From a virus: DNA of 64,000 bases. The notes below the pieces were generated by a model that worked only from the letters and a program-made list of their open reading frames with translations, ran no database searches and was not told the origin of the DNA. Both the position numbers and the translations under genes were made by a program. The stretch spans positions 15,520 to 79,519 of IMG/VR virus record IMGVR_UViG_3300023179_006341. One strand, given 5' to 3'. Positions 57,312-64,000 of this stretch are shown here, piece after piece (within the stretch, counting starts at the first letter, position 1; the number at the start of each line of letters is the position of its first letter).

Positions 57312-57629
57312 ATGGCTAAAATTGATGTAAAACAAGAAGTAAAAACAAAAATTAAACCAAATTTAAGTTTGGATGAACCTCCATTTTATAAAATTATATA
57401 TATTAATGATAACGTAACTACAATGGAATTTGTTATCGCTACATTAATTAGTCATTTTCAATATACAATGGAATCTGCATTGGATATTACAAAAAATATA
57501 CATGAAACAGGTAGTGCTGTTGTAGCAGTTTTACCTTATGAAATAGCTGAGCAAAAGGGAATTGAAGTTACTATGGAAGCACGTTCAAATGGATTTCCTT
57601 TACAAGTAAAATTAGAAATGAATAGTTAA
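57312..57629 (+). CDS. clpS: Clp protease adaptor ClpS
   Basis: IIYIND..T.MEFV, IHETG.A, EIAE.K, FPL. Confidence 0.9.
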   Translation: MAKIDVKQEVKTKIKPNLSLDEPPFYKIIYINDNVTTMEFVIATLISHFQYTMESALDITKNIHETGSAVVAVLPYEIAEQKGIEVTMEARSNGFPLQVKLEMNS

Positions 57630-58330
57630 CCTAATTCAACTCTTTTAGGCCAATATGGTTGACTATTAATTTTTGGATTGTTAACATATCGTCTGCCATT
57701 ATAAACACCATCAATAATTTTATCGTAATTACCAAATATCCAATGATCGACCTTGTGTTCAGTATCTGCCATTAGTGCAGTTATGATACCAATCGGATCA
57801 GGTAAATTTTGTTCAGGATCTTTTAATGTTAATTGTTCACTTGGTACACTGTTTGTTATAATACATATACGTTTTGCATCATGATGATGTTGTAAATTTT
57901 TAATAGTTTTAGTTAAAAAATCTACATCTTGAAGTCTTAACTCATCAATATACATACGTTCGTGAGCATCAAACTTATTATAGTTTGATGGATACCAACC
58001 ATTAATACCAATAAAAGCTATACTATTTAAAATAATTACATGTTTATTTAAATAAATTACATTTTGTATAGGAGAACAAATCATTTTAATCTGTTCAATT
58101 CTTGACTCATAATTTGCTAAATTTAAGTGTTCAACCAATCCATCAATATATAATACTCCTCTGTATAATGTACCTAAATGTGTCAATACTTGATGTAATT
58201 TTTTAAGATTGGATGTAATATTTCCTGTAACTACACAAAATAATGAAGTAGGATTCCCCGTCCAATCAAAAAAATCATTTTCTGATAAATTTAAATCACT
58301 AATAATGTCTAACGAAAAGGGAATATCCAT
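57626..58330 (-). CDS. calcineurin-like metallophosphoesterase fold with degenerate motifs
   Basis: ISDLNL, VTGNI, IDGLVEH, WIFGN; likely start MDIPF. Confidence 0.65.
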   Translation of the reverse strand: MDIPFSLDIISDLNLSENDFFDWTGNPTSLFCVVTGNITSNLKKLHQVLTHLGTLYRGVLYIDGLVEHLNLANYESRIEQIKMICSPIQNVIYLNKHVIILNSIAFIGINGWYPSNYNKFDAHERMYIDELRLQDVDFLTKTIKNLQHHHDAKRICIITNSVPSEQLTLKDPEQNLPDPIGIITALMADTEHKVDHWIFGNYDKIIDGVYNGRRYVNNPKINSQPYWPKRVELG

Positions 58331-58334
58331 TAAA

Positions 58335-58613
58335 CTATTTTTTAGGAGTAGTAGTTTTTCTAGCTCTAGTAACTTTAGGTTTAGCAACTTCATTAACAAT
58401 AGGAGTAGTATCAGGATTTTTAGTAGCTCGTTGCTTTTTAATTGGTGCAACTACGACATTATCATTAGAAGGATTTTTTTCTTCAACTTTTGGTGCAGAT
58501 ACTTCTACTTTGTCATTGATAGGTTTACCAACTTCTGCTACAGGTTTATTGTCTCTTGGTTGTGTTCCGTGAACAAATAAATCACGTATAATTTTACCTA
58601 GTTTTTCTAGCAT
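58335..58613 (-). CDS. low-complexity basic hypothetical protein
   Basis: AAGGAG RBS on the minus strand. Confidence 0.65.
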   Translation of the reverse strand: MLEKLGKIIRDLFVHGTQPRDNKPVAEVGKPINDKVEVSAPKVEEKNPSNDNVVVAPIKKQRATKNPDTTPIVNEVAKPKVTRARKTTTPKK

Positions 58614-58742
58614 TTTTTTCTCCTTAATATCCTATTTAATATAATTAAATATGGATTTATATATTTAGGTAAATATTTTATAATGTATTAAATTTGGATA
58701 TATGTTTAATAGTTTTTTGTAAAATTCAAGGTATAATAATTT

Positions 58743-59222
58743 ATGTCTCAAGATAAAAAACCAAATTTAATGAAGGGTCGCACAAGCTATGATAGCAATA
58801 TTGGTGGTTTACCTGCAATTTTTATTAACAGAAATGTAACAGAATATCCTGTAGAAGTTAGTGCACCAAAGTTTGACCTTGTGCCAATTACTCAACAAAA
58901 AGATATAATGTTAAATGTTGCTAATTTGCATGCACAACAAGAGTATGATAGAATTATGCAACTTGTAAAAGTTTTACAGGATCAAGCAGCACAAATTAAA
59001 CGCAGATTAGATGTAACAAATTGGGTTCACGCAGCAGAATATAAGTTTCAGATTGCACACGGTCATACGTATTGGTTACTCTATGACAGTGAAATTCAAA
59101 AAACTAGGCTATCAATGCATGGTCCAAATGATTGGAGTACAGGTGTACCACAAAGTTATGAATACCTGTGTAAAGTAAAGTGGTTAGGTGATTATACTTG
59201 GATTGAAGTCGAAGGAGATTAA
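58743..59222 (+). CDS. DUF2452-like protein
   Basis: YP....PKF..V; A.Y.F....G.TYWL; LS...P.DW; D.TW. Confidence 0.6.
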   Translation: MSQDKKPNLMKGRTSYDSNIGGLPAIFINRNVTEYPVEVSAPKFDLVPITQQKDIMLNVANLHAQQEYDRIMQLVKVLQDQAAQIKRRLDVTNWVHAAEYKFQIAHGHTYWLLYDSEIQKTRLSMHGPNDWSTGVPQSYEYLCKVKWLGDYTWIEVEGD

Positions 59223-59822
59223 ATGAGTCTTGTACCTATTGTAATTGAACAAACTAGTCGTGGTGAACGTAGCTACGACATATATAGTAGATTATTACGT
59301 GATCGTGTCGTTATTCTTAATGGGGAAGTTAATCATGTCACAGCGAATTTAATTGTGGCACAATTATTATTCCTTGAAAGCGAAGATAATGAAAAAGATA
59401 TTAGTTTTTACATCAACAGCCCAGGCGGTTCTGTCACCGATGGCATGAGTATTTACGATACCATGCAATTCATTAAACCCAATGTGTCTACTATCGTTAT
59501 GGGACAAGCCTGCTCTATGGGTTCGTTTTTAGCTCAAGCAGGTGCTGCGGGTAAACGTTATATTCTTCCTCATGCACGTCACATGATACATCAACCTAGT
59601 GGTGGTGCACGTGGTATGGCAAGTGATATGGAAATATCCCTCAAAGAAATTCTTAAAATGAAACGTATGCTGACTGAACTGTACGTTAAGCATAATTCAG
59701 TCGGTATGTCTTTCAATGATTTCCAACGTGACATGGATCGTGATAAGTTTATGTCTGCTCAAGAATCAGTTGATTACGGTTTGGCAGATAAAATTATTAC
59801 TAAACGTGAAAATAATGCCTAA
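59223..59822 (+). CDS. clpP: Clp protease proteolytic subunit
   Basis: [18 protein letters not shown] (Ser), MIHQP (His), DRD (Asp). Confidence 0.96.
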   Translation: MSLVPIVIEQTSRGERSYDIYSRLLRDRVVILNGEVNHVTANLIVAQLLFLESEDNEKDISFYINSPGGSVTDGMSIYDTMQFIKPNVSTIVMGQACSMGSFLAQAGAAGKRYILPHARHMIHQPSGGARGMASDMEISLKEILKMKRMLTELYVKHNSVGMSFNDFQRDMDRDKFMSAQESVDYGLADKIITKRENNA

Positions 59823-60873
59823 TATTTTAACATCTACAGTTGTTGTTGATGACATGGTAAAAGCAGTAAGCACTGCTTTTGATTATGAATTTACAGGTAT
59901 ATCAACCTTTAATGTACCTGAATTTACTCTACCAACTGATTATCAAATTGGTTTAATTGTTGGACCAAGTGGTAGTGGTAAGTCAAGTATTCTCAAAACA
60001 ATTGGTCATATTGATACACCACAATGGGATCAGCATAAAGCAATTTGCAGCCATTTTACTAGACTTGATGAGTTACATGCGGTTGGATTAAATAGTATTC
60101 CAACATTGTGTAGACCATATCATGTGTGTAGTAATGGCGAACAACATCGTGCAGATATGGCTAGGCAATTAAAAAGCGGTGCTGTGATTGATGAATTTAC
60201 TAGCGTCGTAGATCGTAACGTAGCTAAAAGTTTAAGTAATGCTATTCATCGTTATATTAAAGCAGAACATTTGCAAAGTGTTACGTTTGCAACTTGTCAT
60301 TATGACATTATTGAGTGGCTTCGTCCTGATTGGGTATTTGATACTGCAACGGGCGAACTCACAAGGGGGTTACTTTGGCAACGTCCAACAATCACTATGG
60401 AAATCATACCTGCTGACAGAAAATTGTGGACAGCCTTCGCTCCGCATCACTATTTAAGTGCATCTATGAACAAATCCTCTAAATGTTGGGCAGCAGTATG
60501 GAATGATATCATTATTGGTTTTGCTGCGGTTCTGCCACAACCTAGTGGAACGTTAAAAAATGCATATCGTGGTCATCGTACAGTTATTCTACCTGATTTT
60601 CAAGGTCTAGGAATCGGTGTAAGATTTAGTGATGCCATTGCTAAAATGCATGTAGAACAAGGTAAACGTTATTTTAGTAAAACTGCTAATCCAAGAATGG
60701 GTGGCTATAGAGATAACTCTCCTCTATGGAAACCTACAAGTAAGAACAAGATGAAACGTAAAGATTATTTGTTGAGTGGTACACAACATGAGAATCAAAT
60801 GCTTTCAGTACAATCTTTACTTGCGCATGCTAATCGAGAGTGTTGGTCACATGAATATATTGGAGAAAAATAA
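59815..60873 (+). CDS. ABC-type ATPase fused to GNAT (Mom-like) acetyltransferase
   Basis: [23 protein letters not shown]; HHYL and [14 protein letters not shown]. Confidence 0.8.
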   Translation: MPNILTSTVVVDDMVKAVSTAFDYEFTGISTFNVPEFTLPTDYQIGLIVGPSGSGKSSILKTIGHIDTPQWDQHKAICSHFTRLDELHAVGLNSIPTLCRPYHVCSNGEQHRADMARQLKSGAVIDEFTSVVDRNVAKSLSNAIHRYIKAEHLQSVTFATCHYDIIEWLRPDWVFDTATGELTRGLLWQRPTITMEIIPADRKLWTAFAPHHYLSASMNKSSKCWAAVWNDIIIGFAAVLPQPSGTLKNAYRGHRTVILPDFQGLGIGVRFSDAIAKMHVEQGKRYFSKTANPRMGGYRDNSPLWKPTSKNKMKRKDYLLSGTQHENQMLSVQSLLAHANRECWSHEYIGEK

Positions 60874-61388
60874 TGATTTTAAGTGATGAAAATTTTGAGA
60901 AAGTTGAAAAATTATTAGAATATGTTGTTAATGATTTATGGACACCACATCCCGATGAATTAGAACGTGGTACAGATTATAGCGACACGCCAGGCGTAAA
61001 AGCTATTTTTGAAAGCTATGCTGATCTTGAAACTGAAGATGAAGATGGCAATTATGTTTATGAAGAAGGTGGTAATCGTAATATGCACTGTTATGCCATT
61101 TTTATTCACAAAGATTCAAAAAGTGGTGAATTCCCCGAACATGATACTGCATATAATATGATTATACATCGTATCAAAGAGGAAATTTGTGTTTATGCTT
61201 GGTATGATGTTGAAAATGATAGTTGGGAATTTGTAAATGTTTGGGACAATGATAGCGAAATGGATGAAGATGTGCTAATGGATGTGGTAGACTATTTACT
61301 TGAAACTTATTATCCTGATGAGGATGAGAATGAAAATACTGAACTTGTACAAAATGATGTAACTGCATGGCCTTTTGGTAAAAAATGA
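60873..61388 (+). CDS. acidic hypothetical protein
   Basis: D/E-rich; ends AWPF. Confidence 0.7.
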   Translation: MILSDENFEKVEKLLEYVVNDLWTPHPDELERGTDYSDTPGVKAIFESYADLETEDEDGNYVYEEGGNRNMHCYAIFIHKDSKSGEFPEHDTAYNMIIHRIKEEICVYAWYDVENDSWEFVNVWDNDSEMDEDVLMDVVDYLLETYYPDEDENENTELVQNDVTAWPFGKK

Positions 61389-62143
61389 GCACTATTGTTA
61401 TAAAAACAATTCAAAAATTTATCGATATATATGGACTACCCAAAGAAATTGGTACTACAGGTTGGATTTCAGAATCCCAATACTATGATTATAAAAATAA
61501 ATATATAGGTACTGCAACCGAAGAATCTAAAGGTTGGATATTTGTAAATCATTTTAATCATGAAAATCAATATTATAACTATAATGATGTTAAATCTATT
61601 TTTGCTATAGCTTGTGCTATGATAGAAAATAAAAGTAATAGTATGGAATTGCTTGTTGAAATGGAAGATAAAGAATTTTATGTTGATTTAATTAATGAAG
61701 ATTATGATGGTAAAGGTTGGAATTGGGAACCTGAGCCTGTCGATACAGAATATGTTGCTAGATCTAATAAACTTATTGCCGAAGATGAAGAATTTGACAT
61801 ACATACTTTTCTAGACGAACATTGCGAAATTAGTGAGATTGAAACTGAATATTCTTTACCTTATCATACAGCATTTATTAAATGGTCTGATGAGAAATAT
61901 ATTGAATTAGGTACTAAAAGGAATAAAATAATTCTCAAACAAACTGTAAATGAACAAAAACCAATGAATTCAGTAATGATTACTTTAGGTGATGAAAAAA
62001 GTTTAGAAGAAATTACTAATTGGTTAAAGTCAAATGTAATATCAAAGTATTCAATCACATTTAAACCTGTTCCTTATAGTACTATTATAGTAAATTTTGA
62101 TAATGAAGAAGAGGCTACAATGTTTTCTTTAAGGTGGGTATAA
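61385..62143 (+). CDS. hypothetical protein, C-terminal F-x-L-x-W domain
   Basis: Coupled ORF; ends MFSLRWV. Confidence 0.65.
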   Translation: MSTIVIKTIQKFIDIYGLPKEIGTTGWISESQYYDYKNKYIGTATEESKGWIFVNHFNHENQYYNYNDVKSIFAIACAMIENKSNSMELLVEMEDKEFYVDLINEDYDGKGWNWEPEPVDTEYVARSNKLIAEDEEFDIHTFLDEHCEISEIETEYSLPYHTAFIKWSDEKYIELGTKRNKIILKQTVNEQKPMNSVMITLGDEKSLEEITNWLKSNVISKYSITFKPVPYSTIIVNFDNEEEATMFSLRWV

Positions 62144-62263
62144 TGATATACGCAATCATTGGTTGTATATGTGCAGTGATTTTATGTAATTATTTGTTAA
62201 GAAACATAAAAGGTTGTAGTGGAAATTGTATGCAAGGTAGGTTACCATGTGATTGTGGCAAAT

Positions 62264-62292
62264 TTGACAATTAATAAATTTAGGCATATAAT
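62264..62292 (+). promoter_or_regulatory. sigma70-type promoter
   Basis: TTGACA-17-TATAAT. Confidence 0.8.
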
Positions 62293-62325
62293 TCTTCTAT
62301 TACTTTAATAAATAGCGGGTAAGAA

Positions 62326-62502
62326 ATGCACGAAATTGCTGTCACTGTACAAGATATTCCACAAATTCATGCCATAATTGAATGGTTAAAAACTAAATGT
62401 GTAGGTAAGTATTCCTATGAGACAGGATTGCCCACTAATGTACGTGTTGTAAAATTTCAACTAGAGAGTGATTTCATCAATTTTACGCTTACATGGTCTT
62501 GA
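62326..62502 (+). CDS. small F-x-L-x-W family protein (58 aa)
   Basis: Read by hand: MHEIAV..IIEWLK..FINFTLTWS*. Confidence 0.65.
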   Translation: MHEIAVTVQDIPQIHAIIEWLKTKCVGKYSYETGLPTNVRVVKFQLESDFINFTLTWS

Positions 62503-62550
62503 CAATAAATCATTTTTAAATTACTATAATAACTTCTTAAGGAGATTGAC

Positions 62551-62769
62551 ATGGGTTACAAAGTTTTTCCATCAATGCCTTCACGCTACACAAAAATGAA
62601 AGGATTAGAAGGTCCTTTTATGTACGAATCGGGGAAAGTTCTCTATTATGATCCTAAAGCAGGTCAATACTATGACCGTGATAGTGACTTCTATCTTGAC
62701 CATGAAGAAGCAGAGTACCATGTCAATTATGGTGCACGTAAAACTTTTAACATCTTACAAACATTATGA
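62551..62769 (+). CDS. small early protein
   Basis: AAGGAG RBS; GLEGPF..LYYDPKAGQYYD. Confidence 0.75.
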   Translation: MGYKVFPSMPSRYTKMKGLEGPFMYESGKVLYYDPKAGQYYDRDSDFYLDHEEAEYHVNYGARKTFNILQTL

Positions 62770-62952
62770 GTAGAGCAATTATAGCAGCATTTGGTTTTAT
62801 TTTTGGAACTGTTCTTAGTTCTATGTATACCTATCAAAAATTTATGTTGGAATGTGACCTTCATAAAAGTATTGTTATACGAAGTTATGTATATGAATGT
62901 AATAAAAAGCAAGTGAAGAATGAAGTTTAAACGAGCAAACTCGGAGGCTAGA

Positions 62953-63390
62953 ATGGGTCTAGATCAATACGCTTATGTTGCAATGAAAAATAATGAATGG
63001 GATGAGTATTGGCAAGCACGTGAAGAAAATTCTGTATTGTCAAAACCACGTCAAATTGCCTATTGGAGGAAGCATCCGAATTTGCAGGGGTGGATGGAAC
63101 GACTTTGGTTGAAAAAAATAAATGCCCACATTCATGAAGGTGATAGGTTCGAACAAAATAATTATCCACCTCATGACTTTAATGGGGTTGAACTTGAACT
63201 AACGTGGGAAGATTTAAATGCTTTAGAGCAAGATATTCGCAATGGTAGGATGGCAATTTTAGATACTAAAGGGTTTTTCTTTGGTAACCCAAGTGACGAC
63301 TATTATCGTGACCAAGATTTACAATTTATAGCAGATGCAAAAGCTGAGTTAATTATTGGTCTTAAAGTTTTTTATAATTCTAGTTGGTAG
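62953..63390 (+). CDS. hypothetical phage protein
   Basis: GGAGG RBS; MGLDQY..YWRKH..L.GWM..GFFFG..Y.SSW. Confidence 0.75.
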   Translation: MGLDQYAYVAMKNNEWDEYWQAREENSVLSKPRQIAYWRKHPNLQGWMERLWLKKINAHIHEGDRFEQNNYPPHDFNGVELELTWEDLNALEQDIRNGRMAILDTKGFFFGNPSDDYYRDQDLQFIADAKAELIIGLKVFYNSSW

Positions 63391-63409
63391 TTTTTAAATA
63401 ACCACACAG

Positions 63410-63438
63410 TTGACTTGGGTATTGGTTAGTGCTATACT
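63410..63438 (+). promoter_or_regulatory. sigma70-type promoter (extended -10)
   Basis: TTGACT-17-TATACT with TG. Confidence 0.7.
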
Positions 63439-63465
63439 ACTCACATACTGATTAATAAGGAGTTT

Positions 63466-63693
63466 GTGATGAAAGTTCTTTACACTAGCCCCCTCAATGA
63501 TCAACAATTCATGGTTCCGTTAGCAGGATTAGCGACTTATCAAAAACGTGATGCTGCTCTACTGAAAATGAAAGAAATGGGTGGTATTCATGCACCACCC
63601 ACACCTGAGTTTTTAAAACAGCATAAAATTTTAATGTCTGCCAAGCGTAAGATCGAGCGTGAAGGTTGGTTTTGTGCCACAGTCACTGCTTGA
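63466..63693 (+). CDS. small early protein
   Basis: AAGGAG RBS. Confidence 0.7.
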   Translation: MMKVLYTSPLNDQQFMVPLAGLATYQKRDAALLKMKEMGGIHAPPTPEFLKQHKILMSAKRKIEREGWFCATVTA

Positions 63694-63718
63694 CTTAAAT
63701 TAAGTTTTCTCCTATAAT
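63690..63718 (+). promoter_or_regulatory. sigma70-type promoter
   Basis: TTGACT-17-TATAAT. Confidence 0.75.
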
Positions 63719-63745
63719 ATCTTTATTACTTGATAAGGAGTTTTG

Positions 63746-64000
63746 ATGAAACTACTGATTACCACCCAAGTACGTGAAAACTACGGTTCTATAGAGAACC
63801 CACATTGGAAAAGCAAGGGTGTAAACCACTATGTGGTTAAGAACGTAGACGAGTGCGATATGATCGAAGTGATGCTATACCGTCTCCGTGACCAAATCGA
63901 AACCGACAATCCGTTCTTTTCTGAACTTATAATAGGTTATAACCTAGAAGCTGATGACTATCTAACTCGTGATGAACGACTTCAGTTAGAATTTGATGGA
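63746..64000 (+). CDS. early protein, truncated by the window end
   Basis: AAGGAG RBS; MKLLITTQVRENYG..HWKSKG. Confidence 0.7.
   Translation, partial: MKLLITTQVRENYGSIENPHWKSKGVNHYVVKNVDECDMIEVMLYRLRDQIETDNPFFSELIIGYNLEADDYLTRDERLQLEFDG

Noticed and set aside
58331-58450. N-terminal extensions in the ORF track (also 631, 4158, 12352, 25499, 25914, 34298, 52307, 59716)
   Set aside because: They overlap neighbouring genes and lack an RBS; downstream ATGs fit the RBS and domain starts better
58614-58742. AT-rich stretch as replication origin
   Set aside because: Explained by divergent promoters; no iterons visible
765-63169. Many short antisense or alternative-frame ORFs in the track (e.g. 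1998-2306, 13320-13613, 27560-27976, 36278-36508)
   Set aside because: Shadows of well-supported genes, with no RBS or recognisable motifs
1-64000. CRISPR array, diversity-generating retroelement or retron
   Set aside because: No regularly spaced repeat-spacer array and no reverse transcriptase seen; the 49-50 bp repeats are identical intragenic domain duplications, not adenine-variant TR/VR pairs
1-64000. Stop-codon reassignment
   Set aside because: Conserved genes are full length in code 11, and TAA, TAG and TGA all end genes at expected positions

Overview
AT-rich, gene-dense segment of a large T4-like (jumbo-type) myophage using genetic code 11. Evidence: terminase large subunit, gp32 SSB, UvsX/UvsY, ATP-dependent DNA ligase, ThyX, spanins, T4-type late promoters (TATAAATA and variants) and sigma70-type early promoters. 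Host-like genes (porin, AhpC/AhpD, IscU, DadA, DUF4214-like protein) suggest a Gram-negative, probably betaproteobacterial host (inference). Highlights: (1) a circularly permuted two-piece tmRNA (tag ANDDYFGEVRLAA) whose intervening segment is filled by a 33-aa membrane-peptide ORF, in a genome that also encodes ClpX, ClpP, ClpS, Hsp20 and bS21; (2) a terminase fractured by an atypically split intein with a free-standing HNH gene between the halves; (3) an IscU carrying an endonuclease-containing intein at an Fe-S-ligating Cys; (4) a family of late genes with T4 capsid-targeting-like N-termini and modular polyproteins delimited by [LIV]-x-E sites, including kinase, ligase-like, nucleotidyltransferase, methyltransferase, GNAT, ASCH and peptidase modules, proposed as virion-packaged effector cargo; (5) a ROSE-like RNA thermometer before hsp20 and a pseudoknot before gene 32. 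All family assignments come from motif recognition by eye; no database search was run.
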